Below, in pieces: positions 19,102 through 29,099 of a stretch of DNA of 64,000 nucleotides (its first letter is position 1; the number at the start of each line of letters is the position of its first letter). The stretch comes from Candidatus Thalassarchaeum sp. (GTDB lineage: Archaea > Thermoplasmatota > Poseidoniia > Poseidoniales > Thalassarchaeaceae), in NCBI GenBank assembly GCA_016777225.1, contig JADHRW010000002.1, positions 193,284 to 257,283 on the forward strand. Reading direction: 5' to 3'. The position numbers and the translations under genes were made by a program. The notes beneath the pieces were generated by a model. That model was not told the origin of the DNA, searched no databases, and saw only the letters and a list, made by a program, of their open reading frames with translations.

Positions 19102-19728
19102 ATGTCAAGGTGGCGTGAACGCCTAGATGAGTTCGATGAAGAACATCGATTCATGTTAGAGGGGGGCTCAATTAGTCAACTCTTCTTAGGATATCCACTA
19201 ACATTCTCTCATCCAGTTTTCATAGGAATTATTTATGGATTAATGATAAACTTAATCTTAATTTTACCCAACGCATATGAAGGTTATATTAACTCTAAAG
19301 AAATAGGTTCGATTATTGAACTATGGCTGAATGAAAGCCTAATCATACTATGCATATGTGCCATTTTAGGCGGTGCCTCAACTATGATGTCATCGATATT
19401 CAAAAGACCTCCAATTAGGCTTGAAAAAAGAAGGAGGTACCTTTACCCATTACCATTTCTTGGATTCTTGATAACGACTATTGCAATCGCATTTTCTACA
19501 TCTCAAGAAATTGAATGGTTTGGATATCTATTAATTATATTACCAGGACCATTATATATTCAATTATCATATGCTCCAAGATGGAGAATGTTAGAAAGAA
19601 TAGATAGAGATTTAGATCCATTTGAAGGAATGTCTATGACAATTTTCTCAGAGAAAAAAGAGAGTCAAAATATTGCTAATAATAATACTGAGATTGAAAA
19701 TGTAGTCGAAGAATTAGACTCGCCATAA
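19102..19728 (+). CDS. hypothetical membrane protein (about 4 TM)
   Basis: Hydrophobic helices are present with an acidic C-terminal tail. The first ATG is at 19102; the ORF track uses TTG at 19087. Confidence 0.5.
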   Translation: MSRWRERLDEFDEEHRFMLEGGSISQLFLGYPLTFSHPVFIGIIYGLMINLILILPNAYEGYINSKEIGSIIELWLNESLIILCICAILGGASTMMSSIFKRPPIRLEKRRRYLYPLPFLGFLITTIAIAFSTSQEIEWFGYLLIILPGPLYIQLSYAPRWRMLERIDRDLDPFEGMSMTIFSEKKESQNIANNNTEIENVVEELDSP

Positions 19729-19731
19729 TAT

Positions 19732-20151
19732 CTACAGACAGATGTAATTAACCTGAGAAATTGCAACTAGTTTGTCTTCATCATCAAATATTCTTGCTTC
19801 AGCGAGACTCATTGTTCGGCCTACTTTGATGACTTTAGCGGAACATCTGACATCTGTCTTACATGGTCGTAAAAAACGTATATTAAAATCGGTAGTGGCA
19901 ACATTAGATTCAGGGCCTATTTCTGTTAAAATCGCCCAACAAGTAATACTATCTGCAATTGTCGCGAGAAGTCCTCCATGAAATGTTTCAAAAATTCCAT
20001 CCCATTTTTTCTCTCGGGGAACATGAGCTTCACATTCGCCTTTATCCAGCCTTATTATCTGCATATTCAAAGTATCAGTAATAGGAACTGAATTTATCCT
20101 CTGCATCATTGAGTCTATTTCTTGAGTATCTAAAGTTGAAGATTTAACCAT
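19732..20151 (-). CDS. PaaI-family hotdog-fold thioesterase
   Basis: The FHGGLLATIADS motif is present and the size is about 140 aa. Confidence 0.7.
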   Translation of the reverse strand: MVKSSTLDTQEIDSMMQRINSVPITDTLNMQIIRLDKGECEAHVPREKKWDGIFETFHGGLLATIADSITCWAILTEIGPESNVATTDFNIRFLRPCKTDVRCSAKVIKVGRTMSLAEARIFDDEDKLVAISQVNYICL

Positions 20152-20160
20152 TCATTCACC

Positions 20161-21342
20161 TCAAATTAGATTAATCTTTGGCCCTATTTTTTCTAATAAA
20201 CTTAGAACGTGATCTAAATGACCTCTATTCAAGCTAGCGGACATCTGAGTTCTAACTCGGGCTTTATCACGTGAAACCATCGGAAATACAATAGCTCCGG
20301 CCATCACATCTTCTTTACCTAGTTCAGAAGATAATTGTTTAGCAACTAGTGAATCACCACACATTATTGGAATTATTGGAGTTTCTGAGAGACCGGTATC
20401 GAAACCAAGAGATTGTAATTCTTTTCTAAAATAATTAGTATTATCCCATAGCCTAGAATGATGTTCTGGTTCACTCATTAGCACCTCTATTGCCGCCTTT
20501 TGAGCCGCTGCTACACCCGGTGGTTGACTACCTGAAAGAAGCCAAGATCGAGAATGATTCAATGCATGATTTCGAACTTCCTCCGTTCCGGCCAGTATCC
20601 CGCCTTGAACGCCTAATGCTTTAGAGAAAGAGCCTGTTTCAAAATGGACTTTTCCTTGTAAGTTGAAATGATCGACTATGCCTGCACCCTTCTCACCAAG
20701 AACCCCTTCACCGTGACAATCATCTACATAAATCATAGAATCATATTCTTCAGCTAATTTAGTCACTTCATCTAATCGAGCTATATCTCCATCCATTGAA
20801 AATACACCATCTGTGATGATTAACTTTCTTTCTGCATCAGAATTTTGTTTCAGAACCGCCTCTAATTCCGACATATCATTATGTGCATAAACACCTCGAC
20901 GAGCCTTTGTTAATCTAACTCCATCAATTATAGAACCATGATTTAATTCATCGCTGATAATTATATCTTGAGGTCCCCTGACTAATGTTGGTATTAGTCC
21001 GACATTCACTGTATATCCTGCTGAATAAATTAATGAAGATTCGACTTTCTTAAATTCTGCGACTTTTTTTTCTGCTGCAAGATGGATGTCCATAGTTCCA
21101 GCAATCGCCCTAACTGAGCCACTTCCTGCACCATATTTCTCTGTAGCAGAGGTCATTGCATCGATAACCCGTTTATGATTTGTCAAATTAAGATAATTAT
21201 TCGCTGAAAGCATAATTGTTTGCTTGCCATCAATGGTACATTTGGCATCATTGGCAGTCTCAAGTGTTGGAGGATTCCAATCTAAACCTTGATTTTGTAG
21301 TTCATTGAAACGCTCAGACATCCACGACGTATCTGCAACCAT
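20161..21342 (-). CDS. kbl: 2-amino-3-ketobutyrate CoA ligase (glycine C-acetyltransferase) / 8-amino-7-oxononanoate synthase family
   Basis: Motifs are SANNYLNLTNH, DELNHGSIIDG, DGVFSMDGD, YVDDCHG and the PLP-lysine motif SFSKALG. Confidence 0.75.
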   Translation of the reverse strand: MVADTSWMSERFNELQNQGLDWNPPTLETANDAKCTIDGKQTIMLSANNYLNLTNHKRVIDAMTSATEKYGAGSGSVRAIAGTMDIHLAAEKKVAEFKKVESSLIYSAGYTVNVGLIPTLVRGPQDIIISDELNHGSIIDGVRLTKARRGVYAHNDMSELEAVLKQNSDAERKLIITDGVFSMDGDIARLDEVTKLAEEYDSMIYVDDCHGEGVLGEKGAGIVDHFNLQGKVHFETGSFSKALGVQGGILAGTEEVRNHALNHSRSWLLSGSQPPGVAAAQKAAIEVLMSEPEHHSRLWDNTNYFRKELQSLGFDTGLSETPIIPIMCGDSLVAKQLSSELGKEDVMAGAIVFPMVSRDKARVRTQMSASLNRGHLDHVLSLLEKIGPKINLI

Positions 21343-21398
21343 AACCCTGACAGAGCACCTAAGTACATTGGTGCTTCGATGATAAGATATTGATTATA

Positions 21399-22334
21399 AT
21401 GAACATACGAGTTAAACATGTACGCCCTTACGACTCTGTGATGACCCCTCGAGTAATCGTAACAATACTCGGCACAGCACAAGATGCAGGGATTCCACAG
21501 GCAGGATGTTCGTGTGATAGATGCTTAAATGCACATAATAATCAGAATCTTAAGAAATACCCCGTATCTATAGGAATACAAGGAATTGATGGTTCTAAAC
21601 ACCTGATAGAAGTTACAAGAAATCTACCTGAACAATTGAGGCTATGGAGTGATGAAATGATAACTCAAAAAATATTTATTCCAGATACAGTGACTATTAC
21701 TCATTTACACCTTGGCCATATCGAAGGCATCGGGCAATTTGGTAAACCTGTAATGGGAATAAAAAATATGCCGATTTATTTGTCTGAAATGAATAAAAAT
21801 TCTATTGAAGAAAGAAATGACATACAACTAATGATTAAAGAAAAAAATCTGAAGTTTATTTCACGAAAATATCACCAAACGTTTGAGCCTAAAAAAGGAT
21901 GTGGATTTACACTAAAATTAATCTCTATTCCTCATAGAAGTGAATTAGGAGATACTTCTGCAATTCTAGTTAAGGGCTTACAAAGAACTCTGTTATTTAT
22001 GCCTGATCAAGACTCATGGATTGAGACATTTGATAATTATTCAGTAAATAATATACGAGAATTTTTTAAATCGTTAGAAATAGATTTAGCATGGATTGAT
22101 GGAACATTCTGGAGTCTTAACGAATTACCTGGAAGAAACTTATCAGAAATCCCTCACCCTACAATAGAAGATAGTATTCGCCTTTTAGGTATAAAAAAAG
22201 AAAATGATCCTGATGTTTCTTTCATACATCTAAATCATTCAAATCCAGTCAATGATAGAAATTCTAAGGAAAGAAAGTTAGTTGAATCATATGGTTGGGG
22301 TATATGTAAAAGGAATAAGACTGAGTCATTATAG
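21399..22334 (+). CDS. PqqB-like metallo-beta-lactamase-fold protein
   Basis: The N-terminal ILGTAQDAGIPQAGCSCDRC resembles the PqqB signature (LGSAAGGGFPQWNCxCxxC). An HLHLGH metal motif is present. The start is uncertain (21390 TTG, 21399 ATG or 21438 ATG). Confidence 0.55.
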   Translation: MNIRVKHVRPYDSVMTPRVIVTILGTAQDAGIPQAGCSCDRCLNAHNNQNLKKYPVSIGIQGIDGSKHLIEVTRNLPEQLRLWSDEMITQKIFIPDTVTITHLHLGHIEGIGQFGKPVMGIKNMPIYLSEMNKNSIEERNDIQLMIKEKNLKFISRKYHQTFEPKKGCGFTLKLISIPHRSELGDTSAILVKGLQRTLLFMPDQDSWIETFDNYSVNNIREFFKSLEIDLAWIDGTFWSLNELPGRNLSEIPHPTIEDSIRLLGIKKENDPDVSFIHLNHSNPVNDRNSKERKLVESYGWGICKRNKTESL

Positions 22335-22367
22335 TAAATTCTAAGCGGCAATCCTCTTGAACATAAG

Positions 22368-22817
22368 ATGAGACGGACAAATATGCATCTGTCCGGTAAG
22401 GTATCAAGTGGACTCGGAAGAGCGCATGTTTTCATGGCTCAACCTCATTACCAAGAGCAGTTTAAACAAGTACTAGATGTTAGTGCCTGGCCGGGTACAT
22501 TAAATCTTGATATGGATGAATCAAGTTTGTCAGATTATAAGAATCTAAGAATTCTTTCTGGTTTGGAAGAAGGTGATATATCGCATCATACTAACTCATT
22601 TAGGATTAAAGGATTTGAAAGAGATGGGAAATCATTTGGAGGCGCTACAGCTTTTCTTGCAAAAATATCTGTAGATAATGAAAATTGGATTGAATGTGCA
22701 ATATTAATTCCTGACTTGACAAGACATACGGAAACAGCAGAAGTAATTTCTGGATCTTTCTTAAGAGAATCTTTGCCTTGTAAAGACGGAGATAAATTAA
22801 AAATTAAGCTGAATTAA
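22368..22817 (+). CDS. ribK: CTP-dependent riboflavin kinase (archaeal RibK)
   Basis: GKVSSGLGRAHVFMAQPHYQEQF...WPGTLNL matches the archaeal riboflavin kinase family signature. The 3' end overlaps convergent truA by 14 nt. Confidence 0.75.
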   Translation: MRRTNMHLSGKVSSGLGRAHVFMAQPHYQEQFKQVLDVSAWPGTLNLDMDESSLSDYKNLRILSGLEEGDISHHTNSFRIKGFERDGKSFGGATAFLAKISVDNENWIECAILIPDLTRHTETAEVISGSFLRESLPCKDGDKLKIKLN

Positions 22818-23685
22818 GTGAATCTTCCCAATCTCTTTCTAGTAATAATCCCATTTCTAACTTAGCCATAGATAACCATCTCTTAAATCGATATCTTTTT
22901 TCGGGTGGAATAGAGAATCCAATAGTATCTGGATTACAATGTAATCCCATCTCTTGAGAAGACTCATGTTCAATTGACCATAATATTAGTCCATTTGATT
23001 GTGCGCGACCAAGATCTACCAATATATCGGGCTCGTCTAATGCTGATTTTAGAGTTTCTAAGTTGATACGACCCACTGCAACACCGGTAATTGCTGCTGA
23101 TAATCTTCTTACTTGATTCCAAAGAAATGCCTCAGAACATATTAAAACTCCAATTATTCGGCCATCGGAGGAATACCATGGTTCACACTTATCGATAGTT
23201 CGGATTGGATTTTTATTATCTTCTAATTTACAAAAATTTGAGAAATCATGAGTACCAATTATAACTTTACAAGCATCAATAAATAATACTTCATCAATTC
23301 CAGAAGACCATTCTTCGATTAATTCAGTTCTAAATAAATAAGTTCTTGCTAGGGCGGCTCTACTTCGCACATTAGATTCTACTTTGATGACATCCCAAGC
23401 ACACAGACCTTCGGGAAATCTATTATTCAAAACTCTAAGAATTGTTTTTTTATTTACTTCATCCCAAACAGTTAGAGGAACATCAATACAAGCAAGATTC
23501 ATCCTTACGCTAACACCTGCATCAGTTCTACTAGACATTTCTAAACAGCCGTCGCTCCACCAACTTACTTTCCTAAGTGCATCTTCAATTGCCTTTTGTA
23601 CAGTAGGGACATTTGGCTGGATCTGAGAGCCATGGAAAAAATCACCATGATAGCCGAAAGCGACCATGATTCGGCCGCGATCCAA
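22804..23685 (-). CDS. truA: tRNA pseudouridine synthase A
   Basis: Motifs are FGYHGDFFHGSQIQP and the catalytic-Asp motif SSRTDAGVS. Confidence 0.85.
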   Translation of the reverse strand: MDRGRIMVAFGYHGDFFHGSQIQPNVPTVQKAIEDALRKVSWWSDGCLEMSSRTDAGVSVRMNLACIDVPLTVWDEVNKKTILRVLNNRFPEGLCAWDVIKVESNVRSRAALARTYLFRTELIEEWSSGIDEVLFIDACKVIIGTHDFSNFCKLEDNKNPIRTIDKCEPWYSSDGRIIGVLICSEAFLWNQVRRLSAAITGVAVGRINLETLKSALDEPDILVDLGRAQSNGLILWSIEHESSQEMGLHCNPDTIGFSIPPEKRYRFKRWLSMAKLEMGLLLERDWEDSLNSA

Positions 23686-23699
23686 TTAGAATCCTCCAC

Positions 23700-24248
23700 T
23701 CATTCCTCAGTAGATAGATATTCCATCGCTTCATCAACTGATGAGAAACCTAGACCAAGAATTGCGAACTCTATTGCTACTGGTATGAACTGCCTAGCAA
23801 ATTGCTCACTACGATCATAGCCGACCTTAACATCAATTGAATCTATTAATTGCTTAGCCGCTTCATAAAGATGGAATGAAACATCGACATCTTCGATTTT
23901 TTTACCAAGTTCGATCAATTTCTTAAATTCCCTTACCGCCATTGGAACTCTATCAAATTCAATAAGTGCATTTGCAAAAGCAGCCTGATATTCAGCATTA
24001 TCTGGATCTAAGCCAGCAGCTTTACGGAGATACGATTGAACTTTCCCCTCATTAATTCGGTCATTTCCTTTATCATCAAAATTACCATTTTCTTGTATCT
24101 CAAACATAGCTGATTCAGCCCAACCATGGTATCCTGCAGGATCTTTAGGATTATTTGTAACATGTGTTTCAAAAATTTCCATGGCACCCATGAAATCTCC
24201 TTTGGTAATGTGTTGTGCTGCAATTGTAATGACATCTTCTTCTGACAT
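23700..24248 (-). CDS. TPR-like repeat protein (182 aa)
   Basis: Helical repeats have TPR-like spacing (GDFMGAMEIFETHVTNNPKDPAGYHGWAE; YLRKAAGLDPDNAEYQAAFANALIE). Confidence 0.55.
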   Translation of the reverse strand: MSEEDVITIAAQHITKGDFMGAMEIFETHVTNNPKDPAGYHGWAESAMFEIQENGNFDDKGNDRINEGKVQSYLRKAAGLDPDNAEYQAAFANALIEFDRVPMAVREFKKLIELGKKIEDVDVSFHLYEAAKQLIDSIDVKVGYDRSEQFARQFIPVAIEFAILGLGFSSVDEAMEYLSTEE

Positions 24249-24318
24249 AGGGAATCCCTCTATGACTATCTCAATGGCTTTTACATTATGAACGGTGCGG
24301 AATAGTAATCTTAGTTAT

Positions 24319-25260
24319 CTATTCATTTTGAACCATCAAATCAGGTCTCCCATTCCTAATATCTATTAATTCATTTGTTAATTCATAAATTAGCATTGGT
24401 TGTTTGATACCAAAGAAACATTCGGAAGGAGACATCATAATTTCTTTACCTGATCTTTGGTAGAATAATAATAATTTGAATAAGTAAGAAAACTTCTCGA
24501 CTGTAGATTTAACATTATTATCTCCATTAGAGTCAATAGATTTATTCGAATCTACTATGGGTAAAATATTACCAAAACCAATTAATTTACCCATCAAAGA
24601 TTGCTGAGTTTTGAGATTATTAAATTCTTCAAAACTCATACAAGTATATGACTTGTAGAAAATTAAATGACTTTTACGGAAATGAAAGTTTTGATCAGTT
24701 ATCAAATATGTATATGAAAATTGAGACATCATGGAAAATAAGATTAAGATTGATGAATTTATTATACCCAAAGCTAAGAACCAAGTATCAAACCATTCAG
24801 GTATATTCAATGATTCTTTGCCAATGATTAGAAGAAGCCAATCAACTATATTTGTGATAAACCACAAAGAAGGAATCAAGCCGATAACAATCAAAAAAAG
24901 CGTCGTCCTAATATTAGATGTAGTAATATTGAGATAAAAATTTATTCTAGCAAATATTAACATAACAATAATAAAAGCAAATACATCTATCCAATCAAAT
25001 AATTGACCTATTATACGTATTAAGGCGTTGAGGTACCCTGCTTGCCCTTCTGCGTAAACTGTGACTGCTACTCTGTAGAAACAAAAATGAATCAAGAAAA
25101 CAGAAATCGCTAAGAAGTAACGCGGGAGATAAGATGAAAATGAAGGTGAACCAATCCAAATTGGTGTTTCGTCATCAGATAATAAAGGAAATTTTTTACT
25201 GATAACATCTGGTTCAATTGAATCTCTAAAAGTTGAAATTATGTCTTCCAAAAATAACAC
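24319..25260 (-). CDS. multi-pass membrane protein with a bacterial-PH (bPH_2/DUF304, YdbT-like) domain
   Basis: Five or six hydrophobic helices are followed by YLITDQNFHFRKSHLIF...MGKLIGFGNILPIV, the bPH_2 pattern. Confidence 0.55.
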   Translation of the reverse strand: MLFLEDIISTFRDSIEPDVISKKFPLLSDDETPIWIGSPSFSSYLPRYFLAISVFLIHFCFYRVAVTVYAEGQAGYLNALIRIIGQLFDWIDVFAFIIVMLIFARINFYLNITTSNIRTTLFLIVIGLIPSLWFITNIVDWLLLIIGKESLNIPEWFDTWFLALGIINSSILILFSMMSQFSYTYLITDQNFHFRKSHLIFYKSYTCMSFEEFNNLKTQQSLMGKLIGFGNILPIVDSNKSIDSNGDNNVKSTVEKFSYLFKLLLFYQRSGKEIMMSPSECFFGIKQPMLIYELTNELIDIRNGRPDLMVQNE

Positions 25261-25279
25261 CTACCTCTATAATTAATCA

Positions 25280-26479
25280 TTAATGAAGAAAACCCCATGA
25301 ATGTTCTGCATTACCATGTATCCATGAGTAATCATTCTTAGTCCGGAGACCTTCTTCATCCTTTATGGCTATTTTTAACACCTGAAGTGGATATTCATTG
25401 TAAGTCAGATGACTTACCATACCCGCCCTTGTAGGTTGATCAAATGTCCATTTTGCTCGAGATACTGCTCTTACTTCTATAGCAATCTGTGTATTTTCAT
25501 TCCAAACTTGGACACGAAATTTCGGCAAAGAATTACCATCATTATCTAATATTAATTCATCATTATCATCGGGCTCAATCAACTCAACTGTACATTTCTT
25601 AAACTCTTCAGTAGTATTCCTTCTCGCATCATGAAATATACCTGTTCCAATTTTAGGATTCCTAAATATATCTCTAAGTTTCCATGGTTTATCGTTTAAG
25701 TTGAGACTTGAGAATGAGATATGAGGCATGAACCAGTCTAAGTAAGAACCATCATCAAAATGTAACATCCCCCAAAACCAGGGGAAGGTTGGGGCCTGAA
25801 CACTAACTTTCTGAAAGTAGCCGGATCCTTCGAATTTTTCACCGTCAATTACAATAGACGCTTTAGTTCCCTGAACTCTTAAAATATCATAACCCATATC
25901 TGAAAAGAATACATTGTTTTTGTATGTCAATTTACTTGGTGGTCCCCACCATGGTGTTAATTCCGCACTTATTGATTTAGGTGCCCCGTTCATCTGTGCT
26001 TTTTCATCGCTAACTAAGTTCAACCAAAATTTCTTATTATCTTTTGTCAGACCTAAAGATAGATCATCATCGACTAAAGGTATTACTGCCCCTGAACCTT
26101 GTCCTTGACCTTCTGCTGGCCATAAAGGATGTTTATCGTCTATTGAAACCATTTTACATTCACGTATTACCAATGGCTCATGCATATCCTTCCCATCAAA
26201 CCACCAAGAACATACCATTCCAGGTACAACATGTCCACCATGCTCATCAATTCTCATCCTTGAACCGGGTTTCCACCAATGATCATTGACACGTACGGCA
26301 GGAGTTTCTTTAGATGACCAAAGTACCATTAATTGTTTTGAACGACCAGGGTTATCAGGATCAGGAATAAACAGAATTACCCACCACCACCACCATGAAA
26401 GACGCGGCAAACTTGGCATCATATCTAGACGCCATAATGAAGAATAATCTCCTGTGAATTGTTCGGGTTCTTCCACCAT
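25280..26479 (-). CDS. Trp-rich soluble protein, tentatively in the AttH/CrtC/tocopherol-cyclase-like superfamily
   Basis: Five consecutive TGG codons lie at 26381-26395 (SWWWWWVILFIPD...MVLWSSKETP). GSGYFQK...FPWFWGMLHFDDGS resembles the W-rich strand and G.GY/H..K/NWG..FP.W.W motifs I recall for CrtC and tocopherol cyclase. The start lies 9 nt after the upstream permease stop. Confidence 0.35.
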   Translation of the reverse strand: MVEEPEQFTGDYSSLWRLDMMPSLPRLSWWWWWVILFIPDPDNPGRSKQLMVLWSSKETPAVRVNDHWWKPGSRMRIDEHGGHVVPGMVCSWWFDGKDMHEPLVIRECKMVSIDDKHPLWPAEGQGQGSGAVIPLVDDDLSLGLTKDNKKFWLNLVSDEKAQMNGAPKSISAELTPWWGPPSKLTYKNNVFFSDMGYDILRVQGTKASIVIDGEKFEGSGYFQKVSVQAPTFPWFWGMLHFDDGSYLDWFMPHISFSSLNLNDKPWKLRDIFRNPKIGTGIFHDARRNTTEEFKKCTVELIEPDDNDELILDNDGNSLPKFRVQVWNENTQIAIEVRAVSRAKWTFDQPTRAGMVSHLTYNEYPLQVLKIAIKDEEGLRTKNDYSWIHGNAEHSWGFLH

Positions 26480-26488
26480 AATAAAATC

Positions 26489-28171
26489 TCACATAATCTC
26501 TTTATTTCTAAAAATTAATTGACCAATAGCAACCATACCTATACTAATTGCTAGAATAAACACTGTACTAATCAATAATGCTACAAAAGGATTTCCAGTT
26601 TCTAGTGTATGAACAGGAGGATGCCAGAAAAACGAAATGCCAGTCTCAAGGCCAAATGCATCCGCTTTTTGTTGAATCAGAGAAGTATCCTCCCAAGCGA
26701 TTAGAACGACTGCATCAATTATCTGAATAGCCCAATGTGAAATTGAAAGCATAGGAATAGTTGCCGAGGGTATGGTAATCGTAAATAAACCCATTAAAAA
26801 TTCCCAAATACCATAAATCATACAAATATATACACCATATTTGGGCATAACTAAACCTACTGTATTGAATATTGACCCATATGCTGTTAGGACTAAAATT
26901 GTAGATAGAGCAATCCCCATCCATACCGGAAAATCAGACAGCCTAACTATAGAATCACCCGGTCCAATAATAGAAGTAATAATTGCGACAATTGAGACAA
27001 GTATTACAGTATATGATACCACTACAGCTAGATATCCCAATAGGCGATAAAGAATAAATTCACCACGATGTATCGGCTTGGATAGTAAATAATGAAGAGT
27101 GCCATTTTCAGATTCATCCCTTACTAAACCTAAAGCGAGGAATAATGGCAAGAATAAGCCTAAAATCATTACAAAGGCAATTTTTCCTGTGCCGATTACG
27201 AATGTTCTATGACTAGATTCGCCAATATGTTTTGCATCATCAGGATCTTCATCGACATTTTCGTCTGCACGAATTTGGACTAAGACCCCATTGCTATCAT
27301 AAGACCATTCGACATCACAATATATTCCGTTCCTATTACTATCACTCTGAGAATTATCTTCTGTAATGTATTCGTCCTTGAGACAATCGCCATCGTCATC
27401 AAAACCTTGTGAACCAGAATTACCATCCCAATCAATATCATCTTCATCAATATACATTGATTTTGGATGTTTTTCAACAAAAAATGATTCGGTCATAAAA
27501 CCCCATTCAGAAGAATACATGGGCTCAACAAAAAGATCTCCTTCTCCTGTAAAAGTAGAACCAAACATGATATAAGTGCCATTTTCAAAAAGACAATGAT
27601 TCCTTGCTGCTATTGTTGGATTAGTATACCAATTTTCGAATGGATTGGAGGATAACCCCTCTTCTTCACAACTTACAGCACCTAAACTCCAGACAATCAA
27701 GGATTCTTCAATCCAAGGATAGGGGGAAGTAGTGGCATTTACATCAATCGACGTAGGAGTAAAATAGCCCCAAGCAGCAACCCAAGTATGATTTCCATAA
27801 TGATTGCGAGGTTGATCATTGTAATCAATATCACCTAGATATACATACTCGGATGAACCAGGGAATTCTTGATTCTCATAATCACTAGTCCCATAGATTC
27901 TTTCTTGACCTAATGGATATCCATCATTATCCCAGTCTTCACTATCTCCATCATTATCAATTGATTCAAAATCAGTCCTTATTGAATCAATATAGAATGC
28001 CAATAATAGAGATATCAATAAGACACCAACACCTAATACAACCCAAGTTGACATTCTATTACGAAGTTGACGTATGGTCAACTCGACAATAGCACCCGCT
28101 TTCCTATCTAATTGAGTCCAGACTGTTTCGGAAAGACCTCTGCCCTGTTCATCCATATTATTCACCCCCAA
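26489..28171 (-). CDS. ABC-2-type permease with a large Asp-rich (calcium-binding-like) extracellular domain
   Basis: TM1 is followed by a roughly 260-aa acidic loop with DxDxDG-type motifs (DNDGDSEDWDNDG, DDDGDC, DSNRNG), then five or six C-terminal helices. It overlaps the upstream ATPase gene by 14 nt. Confidence 0.6.
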   Translation of the reverse strand: MGVNNMDEQGRGLSETVWTQLDRKAGAIVELTIRQLRNRMSTWVVLGVGVLLISLLLAFYIDSIRTDFESIDNDGDSEDWDNDGYPLGQERIYGTSDYENQEFPGSSEYVYLGDIDYNDQPRNHYGNHTWVAAWGYFTPTSIDVNATTSPYPWIEESLIVWSLGAVSCEEEGLSSNPFENWYTNPTIAARNHCLFENGTYIMFGSTFTGEGDLFVEPMYSSEWGFMTESFFVEKHPKSMYIDEDDIDWDGNSGSQGFDDDGDCLKDEYITEDNSQSDSNRNGIYCDVEWSYDSNGVLVQIRADENVDEDPDDAKHIGESSHRTFVIGTGKIAFVMILGLFLPLFLALGLVRDESENGTLHYLLSKPIHRGEFILYRLLGYLAVVVSYTVILVSIVAIITSIIGPGDSIVRLSDFPVWMGIALSTILVLTAYGSIFNTVGLVMPKYGVYICMIYGIWEFLMGLFTITIPSATIPMLSISHWAIQIIDAVVLIAWEDTSLIQQKADAFGLETGISFFWHPPVHTLETGNPFVALLISTVFILAISIGMVAIGQLIFRNKEIM

Positions 28172-29099
28172 TTAGATATCCTAGAAGAGATTCTAAATTA
28201 TCATCAGGATTATCTATTCTCGATATAGATACTTTAGAACTAACAATAACTCGTGGTAATATTGAATGAGCAGCCGATAAATCATTAGTCTGAATTTCTA
28301 ACTTTCCTTCTTCTGGGAATCTCACTCCAAATACAGGATCTTCACTAATAAATGCTCTAGCCAATTTTCGGGGTTCATCAGTAGTAATCATGATTCTATG
28401 AGGATGTTTGTCTAGTAAATCACGAATAGCATATAAATTCCCTAGAGCAAGTAAACGCCCGTTATGAAGAATTACTATTTGCTCTGTAATTCTTTCAATT
28501 TCTTCTAATATATGACTAGAAACAAGTACAGTTTTACCTTGGCGGCCAAGTTCTCTAATTACATTCATAATACTAGTGCGGGCAATTGGATCACAACCAT
28601 GTAATGGTTCATCTAATATTATCAAATCTGGATCATGAACTAATGCGTGGGCAATTTTTACTCTTTGCCTCATACCCTTACTATACTTTCCAATTTCTTT
28701 GTGACGTACATCATGTAATCCCACGAACTCAAGTACATGCTCTGCTCTAGCATTTGCTTCATCCCTAGTCATACCATGTAATCTAGCAAGCGTAGATACA
28801 AAATCTTGAGCAGTCATCCAGTCATAGAGTCTTTCCGATTCGCTAACATAACCAATTCTTCGATAAGGAGAAGAATCGGTCCAAGGGTCAATCCCAAATA
28901 ATTTCACGCTACCTTGACTTGGTTTTATCCTACCCATTAGTAGCTTGAATAGTGTCGATTTACCAGCACCATTTGGACCGAGAACACCAGTTACTCCACC
29001 TTCAATTGCTAGTGAAACATCATTTACTCCAATAACCTGCCCATACCATTTCGATACATTCTCTAAGATAACGGAAGGAGGTTTAGTATTTTCATTCAT
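28158..29099 (-). CDS. ABC transporter ATP-binding protein (ABC-2 subfamily, with C-terminal accessory domain)
   Basis: Walker A is GPNGAGKST, the signature is YSKGMRQR and Walker B is LIILDEP, with an H-loop SSH. A tail of about 90 aa is present. Confidence 0.9.
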   Translation of the reverse strand: MNENTKPPSVILENVSKWYGQVIGVNDVSLAIEGGVTGVLGPNGAGKSTLFKLLMGRIKPSQGSVKLFGIDPWTDSSPYRRIGYVSESERLYDWMTAQDFVSTLARLHGMTRDEANARAEHVLEFVGLHDVRHKEIGKYSKGMRQRVKIAHALVHDPDLIILDEPLHGCDPIARTSIMNVIRELGRQGKTVLVSSHILEEIERITEQIVILHNGRLLALGNLYAIRDLLDKHPHRIMITTDEPRKLARAFISEDPVFGVRFPEEGKLEIQTNDLSAAHSILPRVIVSSKVSISRIDNPDDNLESLLGYLIGGE

